From: a virus
Lineage: Duplodnaviria; Caudoviricetes
Length of the DNA stretch: 29,442 nt
IMG/VR virus record: IMGVR_UViG_3300017540_000016
Coordinates: 1-29,442 of that record
Direction: 5' to 3' (one strand)
This document shows, in pieces, positions 8,635 to 16,191 of this stretch. Made by a program: the position numbers and the translations under genes. Under the pieces are notes generated by a model. That model did not search any database. It worked only from the letters and a program-made list of their open reading frames with translations, and had not been told where the DNA came from. How positions within the stretch are numbered: the stretch's first letter is position 1; every line of letters starts with the position of its first letter.

Positions 8635-8841
8635 ATGCAGCTAATAGAATTAGCACAAGCCTGCTTGGATTTGATAGCCGAAGGTGTTGATCCTAAAACG
8701 AAGGTTGGGGTTCAAGACCACTTTGGCAAGCTGGAAGATGACTTCGACGGACTGGAGCCGATATTTAAATCTAGTAAGGATAGGAATCCAGCATTTATTG
8801 CTCTAGTAGGCGTGAATTCCAAATATCCTGAGCCTGACTAA
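8635..8841 (+). CDS. Hypothetical protein
   Basis: AAAGGA RBS, 68 aa. Confidence 0.6.
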   Translation: MQLIELAQACLDLIAEGVDPKTKVGVQDHFGKLEDDFDGLEPIFKSSKDRNPAFIALVGVNSKYPEPD

Positions 8842-8897
8842 GGAATTATCTGAGCCGGTTTCCAATTACAATTCAATATAAAGACCAAGGCGAACCT

Positions 8898-9092
8898 ATG
8901 CCAACACTCGAAAATTATAGCCAACCTACAGAATCACATTCCTGCTTTTGCGTGGGACCTCAAAATGGCGAGCCTCTTTGCCCATGTCAAATGCGCAACG
9001 TAGTCCAGATCAACGGCGAGTTCTACAGGGTAGAAAAACTGAAACCTCAGCCGGAGCGAATTGCAACCACTGTTGACTTAACCAATCTTTAA
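8898..9092 (+). CDS. Small Cys-rich (putative Zn-binding) protein
   Basis: CFCVGPQNGEPLCPC. Confidence 0.6.
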   Translation: MPTLENYSQPTESHSCFCVGPQNGEPLCPCQMRNVVQINGEFYRVEKLKPQPERIATTVDLTNL

Positions 9093-9169
9093 GGTTTAAT
9101 TATGAAATTCCTAACTCGCGGTATCACAGAAGTGCCGCATCGAGGAATGTCTACTATTCGGTAGAGTCG

Positions 9170-9469
9170 ATGCGGCCAGGAGCCGCAGTGCGTAAACCAA
9201 ATAAAGTACTAAGACTAGCAGAGACTGCTAGAATCAAACAAAAGCGCAAATTCAAATATTGGAATGCTAACCGGAACGCTCCCTTGGAGGGTCGAGTATT
9301 AGGTAAAGCCCTTCAGACTGCGAAACCTTGCGCTTGTTATATATGCAGAAACCCACGGCGCTCTCTAACAAACGATTTTCCTAAAGGACGTACCCGAAAG
9401 GAAACATCTGATCATGAGTTTGCCGATCTTTTTACTAGGTATCTAGATGACCATTCTTCTAGCACGTGA
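9170..9469 (+). CDS. Basic protein with CxCxxC motif
   Basis: KPCACYICRNPRR. Confidence 0.6.
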   Translation: MRPGAAVRKPNKVLRLAETARIKQKRKFKYWNANRNAPLEGRVLGKALQTAKPCACYICRNPRRSLTNDFPKGRTRKETSDHEFADLFTRYLDDHSSST

Positions 9470-9764
9470 GTCCACAATTGATCAAATCTTGGCTACTGAA
9501 CTACCTGTAGTTATGAAGGCTTCGGCCACCTGGTGTGGCCCTTGTCGAACCTTTGCACCTGCTTTTGAACAGGTAAGCAAGGATCTTCAAGATAAGGCAG
9601 TTTTCGCTACCTTTGACGCTGACGAGAGTGCAGAACTTGCTGCTAAATATGGGGTGCGTGGTTTGCCTACCGTGCTAATCCTTCGCAATGGTGAATTGGT
9701 CAAAACCATCAGCGGAGCTATGACGGTTTCCCAGTTTAAAACTAAACTGGAAGAAATCCTATAA
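9447..9764 (+). CDS. trxA: Thioredoxin
   Basis: WCGPC active site, YGVRGLPT cis-Pro loop, 105 aa. Confidence 0.95.
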   Translation: MTILLARESTIDQILATELPVVMKASATWCGPCRTFAPAFEQVSKDLQDKAVFATFDADESAELAAKYGVRGLPTVLILRNGELVKTISGAMTVSQFKTKLEEIL

Positions 9765-9785
9765 AATCGTAAATAAGGCAGTCTA

Positions 9786-9950
9786 ATGTCTTGCTCAGAA
9801 AGTACTAACGAGTACGATATTGATGAGTTCATCCAAGATTTGATTGATCGTGGTGAGATTACGCAAGAAGAGTTAAATGACGCGCGTACCTGGTGTAGAA
9901 ATTTCTACACCACCTCGAAGTATACAATTCAGAGCGTGTTACTTCACTGA
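9786..9950 (+). CDS. Small acidic protein (54 aa, below the ORF-track cutoff)
   Basis: MSCSESTNEYDIDEFIQDLIDRGEITQEELNDARTW...; TAAGG RBS directly after TCGTAAATA at 9767. Confidence 0.5.
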   Translation: MSCSESTNEYDIDEFIQDLIDRGEITQEELNDARTWCRNFYTTSKYTIQSVLLH

Positions 9951-9986
9951 AGGAGGCACCGATGTTAACTTAACTGTGGAGTTAAC

Positions 9987-10175
9987 ATGGAATATTATTG
10001 CGAAGTGTACCCGTACCAAGAAAACCCTTACTTTTCAGACTACAAAGTAGAGGCTAACTCAGACGAAGACGCCATGAAGTTCTTTAAGGACAGGCACGGC
10101 AATTCCCTGGTCTTTGTATACGATGAAAACTTCCGTGAAATCTTCAATAAGGAGAATCAAATGAACCTAGGGTAA
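9987..10175 (+). CDS. Hypothetical protein
   Basis: GGAG RBS, 62 aa. Confidence 0.6.
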   Translation: MEYYCEVYPYQENPYFSDYKVEANSDEDAMKFFKDRHGNSLVFVYDENFREIFNKENQMNLG

Positions 10176-10200
10176 TTTTGCCCTTAAATCAGGATTCATC

Positions 10201-10407
10201 ATGCATTCTTTCTTGTTTGAATTGCACAATCGCCTTTCCGAAGCCCTGCTCAAGGTTACGCAGCAGTTGGAAACCGCTAACATTGATTGGCGGCATCTTG
10301 CGGAACATGGTGTTACGATGCTTGCGGTCAAGCAACTCCGTAACCAAGATCCGAAGTTGACTCTCAAAGAGGCTTTTGAAAAGGTGCGCGCCTTTCAAAA
10401 TTCGTAA
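10201..10407 (+). CDS. Small protein with ribosomal bL12 C-terminal-domain-like motif
   Basis: MLAVKQLRNQDPKLTLKEAFEKV resembles IxAIKxxRxxxGLxLKEAKxxV. Confidence 0.5.
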   Translation: MHSFLFELHNRLSEALLKVTQQLETANIDWRHLAEHGVTMLAVKQLRNQDPKLTLKEAFEKVRAFQNS

Positions 10408-10439
10408 ATAACATGAGGCGGGTACGAACCCGCTTCAAC

Positions 10440-10514
10440 GGGCCGTTCGTATAATGGACAATACAGTGGACTTCTAATCCTCAAATGCAGGTTCGATTCC
10501 TGCACGGCCTGCCA
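10440..10514 (+). tRNA. tRNA-Arg(TCT)
   Basis: Acceptor GGGCCGT/ACGGCCT, G73, CCA, loop CTTCTAA, A20 in the D-loop, T-loop GTTCGAT. Confidence 0.9.
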
Positions 10515-10530
10515 ATTACATAGAGACCAT

Positions 10531-10761
10531 ATGGACAACGTAGAAACCCGTACTCTCAAAACCATGTCTGAAGTTTTTGGATTGGATAATCTGACCCTTG
10601 ATACCAATCTCGAAGAAGAGGACGTTGATAGTCTCGATGCTGTTGAAATGCTAATGGCATTGGAAGATGAGTTCATGGTTGAACTTCACGATGATGAGGT
10701 AGAAAACCTACGTACTCCTCTACAGTTCGCAAACCTGATTAAAACCAAGAATTATTCGTAA
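10531..10761 (+). CDS. acpP: Acyl carrier protein
   Basis: DSLDAVEMLMALEDEF with the phosphopantetheine-accepting Ser; 76 aa, acidic. Confidence 0.9.
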   Translation: MDNVETRTLKTMSEVFGLDNLTLDTNLEEEDVDSLDAVEMLMALEDEFMVELHDDEVENLRTPLQFANLIKTKNYS

Positions 10762-11013
10762 ATGAAAAAGAAGCCGAATCTTTCAAAGAAGGCGGCTATG
10801 CTGGTCGCAAGCCTTGAATATTCGGTGTTATACCGAGCCAGCATTAGCGATACCGAAAGTTTTGACGGTAAACGTGCTGCTGAATTCGTAAATAAAGATA
10901 GACAGGCTCTTTATGATTACGTTTTGAAGTTGGAAACACAAACCAAACGATTACGTAAATCAAATAGAGAATTACGCCAAAAGGCACCTGCTAAATCGTA
11001 CATCATCCGTTAG
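10762..11013 (+). CDS. Hypothetical basic coiled-coil protein
   Basis: Abuts the acpP stop, 83 aa. Confidence 0.6.
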   Translation: MKKKPNLSKKAAMLVASLEYSVLYRASISDTESFDGKRAAEFVNKDRQALYDYVLKLETQTKRLRKSNRELRQKAPAKSYIIR

Positions 11014-11027
11014 GAGTTACCTTCCCA

Positions 11028-11762
11028 ATGAAAAAGAAGCTCAAGAAAGATCCCGGAGTACTGCTGAAGAAAAAGAAGAAATCGGTTGAGGCTGAAGTCG
11101 AAACCAAAAAGAAAAAGAAGTCGAAAGTAGAACCCGTAGAAACTAAAAAGAAAAAGAAGGATAGCAAGGAATTGTCGCCACTAGAAAAGGCGCGCCTTGC
11201 TAAAGGTTCTGGTAAGAAGGCGAAGTCTTCAAAGAAGGCAACACTTCCAACTTGGAAAGCTCCTAAGGAACTCAAGCGTTTTAATTTTGAAGTACGGTTC
11301 ACTACTGAAAAAGATGGCATGCCAGGTCCCAACTTCAAGATTACCCGTTACTCAGGTAAGATTGAAGCAGACAAGGATCCCCGTAAGATGTGGGATCTTT
11401 CGACTTACGATCCACAAACCGTTGTCGGTGTAGCAAGTCGCCTGTCATTGACGCTGTTCCATGCAACTGGTAAGCCTTCTTCGAAGGGTGTACCTTCACG
11501 TCTGCAAGGTTCGACTGAATACATCCTGCACGGTTCGGTCGGCCCTACCAAAGATGGTAAGATTAAGGCAGCAATTGCCAAGGTCTTCCTAGAAGAAACT
11601 ACCAAGAAGGGTAAAGTCAAGCTATCTGAACTGGACAAGAAGGATTACCAAGTACGCAAGATTCGTAAGGTCAATCGTTATCTGGCCGGCGCTTTCGCAC
11701 AGGTTGTTGCTGAAGCACCTAAGCACGAACGTAAGCGCCGTAAGGAAGCTGACGACGAATGA
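11028..11762 (+). CDS. Lys-rich basic protein (poly-K N-tail plus globular domain)
   Basis: AGGAG RBS; LLKKKKK, two VETKKKKK repeats, C-terminal ERKRRKEADDE. Confidence 0.8.
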   Translation: MKKKLKKDPGVLLKKKKKSVEAEVETKKKKKSKVEPVETKKKKKDSKELSPLEKARLAKGSGKKAKSSKKATLPTWKAPKELKRFNFEVRFTTEKDGMPGPNFKITRYSGKIEADKDPRKMWDLSTYDPQTVVGVASRLSLTLFHATGKPSSKGVPSRLQGSTEYILHGSVGPTKDGKIKAAIAKVFLEETTKKGKVKLSELDKKDYQVRKIRKVNRYLAGAFAQVVAEAPKHERKRRKEADDE

Positions 11763-12088
11763 GGAATATTCAAGTCCTATACCTGATTACAGGGCACGTG
11801 GTTCTGGCAGATGTGCAGGATTGCGTGATTAAATCATCGTTGATTGGTGGAGAGGCAACTACTGATCCTGATAAAGTTCTGCTAGTTCGACCTGTTAGGG
11901 TGGAATTGGTACAACATCAAGGTCAAGTAGTTCCCGTACCGCAACCTTTCGCAGGTTTGCTTGGTGTTAGCCAAGGTCCAGATGGAGAATATCCAATTCG
12001 AGGGGACCACATTGTTTGCAGTGTGCCGGCTTCTAAAGAACTAGAAGACCTCCATATGGAATACACTTCTGTAATCAAGAAGGCGTAA
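11759..12088 (+). CDS. Putative Sm-like-fold phage protein
   Basis: Pattern LxLITGxxVLA...LVRPVRV...PF...IRGDHIV...ELEDLH recalls Sm-like proteins of large myoviruses. Confidence 0.4.
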   Translation: MRNIQVLYLITGHVVLADVQDCVIKSSLIGGEATTDPDKVLLVRPVRVELVQHQGQVVPVPQPFAGLLGVSQGPDGEYPIRGDHIVCSVPASKELEDLHMEYTSVIKKA

Positions 12089-12116
12089 TTTAAAAATCGT
12101 AAATAGTAGTACGTAA

Positions 12117-12201
12117 GCAGGAGTGGCGAAATCGGCATACGCAGCAGACTTAAAATCTGCCGTCGAAAGACATACGGGTTCGAGTCCCGTCTCCTGCACC
12201 A
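12117..12201 (+). tRNA. tRNA-Leu(TAA)
   Basis: Acceptor GCAGGAG/CTCCTGC, A73, CCA, loop CTTAAAA, long variable arm GTCGAAAGAC. Confidence 0.95.
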
Positions 12202-12214
12202 AATTCAATCACGA

Positions 12215-12234
12215 TTGAAAAATCGTAAATACCG
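12215..12234 (+). promoter_or_regulatory. Putative phage promoter, 20-bp element containing TCGTAAATA (copy A)
   Basis: TTGAAAAATCGTAAATACCG, identical to 17796-17815. Confidence 0.7.
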
Positions 12235-12296
12235 AATAGCAATGGCAGTGAGCTTTGAATCTGCCGAATCAAACATCCTATAGGAAAAATCAAATC

Positions 12297-13121
12297 ATGG
12301 CAAAGAACGTTAAAGCTGCTGGTAAGAAGGGTGCTGCTGGTAAGAAGGCCGCTGGCAAGGGCAAGGCTGTAGAAAACAAGAAGGCAAAGGCCGCAGCCAA
12401 GCGCGGCGCTGCTAAGAAGGCTGCCCCCAAGAAGCAAGTAGCTAAGAAGCAGGCTCCCAAGAAGCAAACCCAACGTGGTGGTCGTAGTACTAAGCAAGTG
12501 GCACAAGCCAGCCAAGTGCAAGTCAACAACGGCATGCTGATGGTTCAAGTAGTTAAGAGTATCGTCGGTGACAAGATTAAGGTCACTGCTGAATACTTTG
12601 AAGTTGATGGCGTCAAGATTCCCCGTGCTCTGGTTATTGCTGTCGCCGGTAAGGAAGTTATTTACCGCGCTTCAATCAATCTGGGTACTATTCAAGAAGC
12701 CAAGACTATCAAGGGTAACCTGGTTTACACTACCGAACGTGGTCAAGTCATGATCCTGGACGCTACCTCTGCTTCGATCGTACTGAGTGGTCCCCAAGCT
12801 GAAGCGGCTGAAGATGCCGAGGACGCAGAAGAAGCTGACGAGGATTCGGAAGACGAAGAGTCGGAAGATGATGAAGATGAATCCGAAGACGATGAGGAAG
12901 ATTCAGAGGACGAAGATTCCGAAGACGACGGGGATTCGGAAGACGAAGACGACGAGGAAGAAGACGAGGAGTCGGAAGAGGAAGAATCGGAAGACGAAGA
13001 CGACGAGGAAGAAGACGACGAAGATTCCGAGGATGACGAAGACGAGGATTCGGAAGACGACGAAGAAGATGATGATGACGAAGACTTCGACGACGAAGAT
13101 GACGAAGATGACGACGAATAA
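12297..13121 (+). CDS. Tripartite protein: H1-like K/A N-tail, beta-rich core, very long Asp/Glu tail
   Basis: ATG 12297 after AGGA; AAGKK/AAKK/APKK repeats; about 95 C-terminal residues almost all D/E/S. Confidence 0.85.
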   Translation: MAKNVKAAGKKGAAGKKAAGKGKAVENKKAKAAAKRGAAKKAAPKKQVAKKQAPKKQTQRGGRSTKQVAQASQVQVNNGMLMVQVVKSIVGDKIKVTAEYFEVDGVKIPRALVIAVAGKEVIYRASINLGTIQEAKTIKGNLVYTTERGQVMILDATSASIVLSGPQAEAAEDAEDAEEADEDSEDEESEDDEDESEDDEEDSEDEDSEDDGDSEDEDDEEEDEESEEEESEDEDDEEEDDEDSEDDEDEDSEDDEEDDDDEDFDDEDDEDDDE

Positions 13122-13132
13122 TTAAGTCGTAT

Positions 13133-13168
13133 AAGGGGTTGGCGGAGTAAAAATCCGCCACCCTTTTT
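13133..13168 (+). terminator. Intrinsic terminator
   Basis: GGGtTGGCGGA-gtaaaaa-TCCGCCACCC followed by TTTTT. Confidence 0.8.
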
Positions 13169-13184
13169 GTCATTAAGGAAGCAT

Positions 13185-13475
13185 ATGGATTCTGAAAAAG
13201 ACCATTTGGCTTTGTACAGCCACGACTGCCTGAATTGTGGTCACTTGGTACAAGGTGCTTCAGTAAAGCATAGCAAGTGCCACGCTACAAAAGGCAATAA
13301 GTTGTGTCCTGCCAATGACGTAGTGATAGTTATCACAGGCAAAATTGACCAACTGGTGTTAAAACTGAAAAAGGCACGCAAGGCTAAAGACGCACAAGCC
13401 GAAGCAAAGTTGTGGGCAAAAGTTGTCAAAGAACCGGCAGCAGTCCAACAACGCATTTATGATCTGCTGGCATAA
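13185..13475 (+). CDS. Putative Zn-binding protein
   Basis: TAAGGA RBS; CLNCGH...KCH...LCP. Confidence 0.65.
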   Translation: MDSEKDHLALYSHDCLNCGHLVQGASVKHSKCHATKGNKLCPANDVVIVITGKIDQLVLKLKKARKAKDAQAEAKLWAKVVKEPAAVQQRIYDLLA

Positions 13476-13486
13476 CAGGAGCTTAC

Positions 13487-14164
13487 GTGGAAAAGGCAGA
13501 TATCGGACTGATTAAATATCGGCAGTGGCTAATACCTGCGGGTGGCAAGTCCTATACCAAACTAGTTGAACTTGGATTCCCCGTAACCAAGATTCATGAA
13601 GACTCTCAAGAGCTTCTGAGTTACGCCCTAAAGAAAAAGGGACTTACAGCACGAGTAACAAAATTCCAGAAAGTACTAGACAAGTTTCAAGACGAGGTTG
13701 CTGATTGGTGGATTGATCGAGACTCAGATCGTCGAGAATGCAAGCTCGATAAAAAATCTTGGATATTCAAAACTACCAAGAAGAGTGCCCATACGAAAGG
13801 TTTGAAAGACGCCAACAAACTTAAAGAGAAGTTGGAGTTCTTTTTACGTCGATGGGGTTTTTGTTCAGAAGTAACAATTTCCGAATCACATGGTCTTGTA
13901 AAGGTTCAATGCGCCCTAGTTTTTTCTGACAAGCCCCCTGTTATCTCTGTAAAGAAAGTACCGGATGAAGCGCCACGCAAAATTCTCCAATTTGGCTTCA
14001 CCAGGTTTGTATCTTGGATCGTTAATAACAAATTCCACTGGCGTCTGGAAACCAGTTCTGGCGCAGAATGGGTTCTATTGAAAGAAGGCTATTGCCTGAT
14101 TACTGAGGTGTGTGATCCTACTGAGCACCTCAAGTCATTGATGGGCGCCTTCAACAAGGATTAA
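13487..14164 (+). CDS. Hypothetical protein upstream of the topoisomerase
   Basis: GTG start with AGGAG RBS, 225 aa. Confidence 0.7.
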   Translation: MEKADIGLIKYRQWLIPAGGKSYTKLVELGFPVTKIHEDSQELLSYALKKKGLTARVTKFQKVLDKFQDEVADWWIDRDSDRRECKLDKKSWIFKTTKKSAHTKGLKDANKLKEKLEFFLRRWGFCSEVTISESHGLVKVQCALVFSDKPPVISVKKVPDEAPRKILQFGFTRFVSWIVNNKFHWRLETSSGAEWVLLKEGYCLITEVCDPTEHLKSLMGAFNKD

Positions 14165-14181
14165 CTTAATGGAAACAAAAC

Positions 14182-16191
14182 ATGGCGCGTAAATCAGCGA
14201 AACAAGATGGTTTCGTAATTGCAGAAGGTTTGGATGGCATAAGGCTGAACCCATCTATGTACCTCGGGGCAAGAGGTTCCCATATGGTGCATCGGTGCAT
14301 CAAAGAAGCCTTTGATAATTCATATGATGAACATGTAGCCGGTCGCAACGATACCATCGAAGTCGTTATGGACTTGGATCGCAACCTATACGTGGTTGCT
14401 GATAAAGCCGGCGGTATTCCTACCGATTACAAGAAGCTCCAGGATGGTTCAAAAGAAACCATCATGACTGCGGCTTTTACTCGTGCCCATGCAGGTGGTA
14501 AGTTTAACGACAAAGCGTACAAAACTTCTGCGGGTACACACGGTGTAGGTGTTGCTGCTGTCAATGCAGTATGTGAAAAGATGGTTGTCTTTTCCAACTA
14601 TAACGATAAGTTGGTCCGACAGGAGTTTTCCAAGGGCAAAATTATTGGTAAGAAGGATCCAGTAGGCGTTAAGTCGATTGACAAAGATTTCCAAGGTTTG
14701 CTTCTGGAGAAAACTTCCAAGTATGGTACTTTGGTCTTTTTTATCCCTGACCAAGAAATCGTTAGTACCGACGCAGCCCGAGGTAAACAATTACCCAAGA
14801 AATATGAAAAAGCAATAGCTGATCCTACTTGGATTGGCAACTGGCTACGTAACATTGCGGATCTGTATCCTGGGTTGAGTATCAAATATTCAATTCTGAA
14901 GAAAGGTCAGCGGAAAGATTTTGTCTTCTTGAACAAGAAAGGCATCGAGGTCATTCCAAAGAAAATTGCAGAAAAGAATGAACTAGGTTTGATGGCAAAA
15001 CCATTGACCTACAAGTCAGATTTCATCACTCTATCTGCACAATGGTCTGACCATACAGACAGTGAGAAATTCCTGTCTTTTGTTAACGCAAGTCCTACGA
15101 TTGAACATGGTACCCATATGCAGGGTTTACGTGATGCCATGTTTCAAGCAGTGAAACCTTACGCACCTGCTGCAAAAAAGAAGCAAAAGGGCTCAGGTTT
15201 CTCTGGCAACGATTTGTTGATTGGTTTGTTGGGTATGTTTGAATGGCGGATGCACGGTGCCACATATACATCACAGATCAAGGATAAACTCGATTCAAAA
15301 GTCGACCGAGAAGTTTATACAGAGTTACTTCCAGTATTTGAGGCATATTTTAAGAAGTACCCCGGTGTACCCAAGACTCTGATCAAACGGGCTTTAGTCG
15401 TAAATAAAGGTCGTGAAGAACTAGCAAAGACCGTTAAGCAGTTAGCTGATGTAAAGAAGACCCAAAAGGGTAATACGTTGCCCCCAAGTCTAGCAGTAGC
15501 AGAAAAAGCTAATCCTAGAGAACGGGAACTTTTCATTGTAGAAGGTGATTCAGCAGCCAAGACTGCAATTGATGCACGTAATTCGGATTACCAAGAGGTG
15601 CTTGCGGCAGGGGGTAAACCGTTGAATGTGCTGAAGGCTACTCTACCGAACATCCTTAAACACGAAGGTATTCAAGAGTTCCTTATTGCCCTAGGTGCTG
15701 ATATGAAGACCTTCAATCCGAAAGATGAGAAACCTCAAATTTCTTCTGAGAATCTAAGGTCTGCACATATTATTCTTCTGGTTGACCCTGACCCGGACGG
15801 GGGCCATATTGCAGTACTTTATTTGGCAGCAATCTATAGGCTACTGCCAGATTTGCTTAAACAGGGACGTGTATGGTGCGTTGATGCACCTCTATTCGCG
15901 GCTCTTAAAGATGGTTCCATCTACGGTGCGAACACCTTAGAGGCATGTGTTAAGAAACTACCTAAAGGTTTATCAGCAAAAGACGTAGTGCGCATCAAGG
16001 GTTGGGGTGAGGTCGATGAGAATTGGTTAGAGCCTTTGGCGTTTGATCCTAAGAAACGCCGTCTAATTCAGATTAATCCCTTCGCTGATGCCGAACAAGA
16101 GAAATTCTTCCGAGGTGTTGTAGCAGAGGACGCGAGCTATCGTCGCCAACTTTTGGGTTTGAATGATGAAGATGAAAAAGACGAAAGCTAA
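14182..16191 (+). CDS. gyrB: Type IIA topoisomerase subunit B (GyrB/ParE-like)
   Basis: GHKL motifs EAFDNSYDE, DKAGGIP, HAGGKF, GTHGVG; TOPRIM motifs VEGDSA, GKPLN, DPDPDG, KGWGE. Confidence 0.93.
   Translation: MARKSAKQDGFVIAEGLDGIRLNPSMYLGARGSHMVHRCIKEAFDNSYDEHVAGRNDTIEVVMDLDRNLYVVADKAGGIPTDYKKLQDGSKETIMTAAFTRAHAGGKFNDKAYKTSAGTHGVGVAAVNAVCEKMVVFSNYNDKLVRQEFSKGKIIGKKDPVGVKSIDKDFQGLLLEKTSKYGTLVFFIPDQEIVSTDAARGKQLPKKYEKAIADPTWIGNWLRNIADLYPGLSIKYSILKKGQRKDFVFLNKKGIEVIPKKIAEKNELGLMAKPLTYKSDFITLSAQWSDHTDSEKFLSFVNASPTIEHGTHMQGLRDAMFQAVKPYAPAAKKKQKGSGFSGNDLLIGLLGMFEWRMHGATYTSQIKDKLDSKVDREVYTELLPVFEAYFKKYPGVPKTLIKRALVVNKGREELAKTVKQLADVKKTQKGNTLPPSLAVAEKANPRERELFIVEGDSAAKTAIDARNSDYQEVLAAGGKPLNVLKATLPNILKHEGIQEFLIALGADMKTFNPKDEKPQISSENLRSAHIILLVDPDPDGGHIAVLYLAAIYRLLPDLLKQGRVWCVDAPLFAALKDGSIYGANTLEACVKKLPKGLSAKDVVRIKGWGEVDENWLEPLAFDPKKRRLIQINPFADAEQEKFFRGVVAEDASYRRQLLGLNDEDEKDES

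Noticed and set aside
9102-9164. 20-codon ORF MKFLTRGITEVPHRGMSTIR and possible TAG readthrough
   Set aside because: Too short to support. Readthrough meets TAA soon after, no suppressor tRNA is in the window, and TAG ends other genes normally.
10395-10676. Minus-strand ORF across tRNA-Arg and acpP
   Set aside because: It overlaps two well-supported + strand features.
11028-11250. Poly-Lys tracts as nuclear localisation signals implying a eukaryotic virus
   Set aside because: Shine-Dalgarno sites, sigma70 promoters, coupled operons, CCA-encoding tRNAs and a peptidoglycan hydrolase indicate a bacteriophage.
12800-13118. Repeated GATTCGGAAGACGA-like units as a possible CRISPR or satellite array
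   Set aside because: Irregular, in-frame codon repeats encoding SEDE, with no constant repeat-spacer structure.
12763-13173. Arg/Leu-rich minus-strand ORF and Lys/Thr-rich alternative-frame ORF (12787-13125)
   Set aside because: Shadow frames created by the GAA/GAC/GAT low-complexity acidic tract, which lacks stops in other frames.
16163-16191. Programmed frameshift fusing GyrB and GyrA
   Set aside because: No canonical slippery heptamer or downstream structure seen; in-frame ATGs explain independent initiation.
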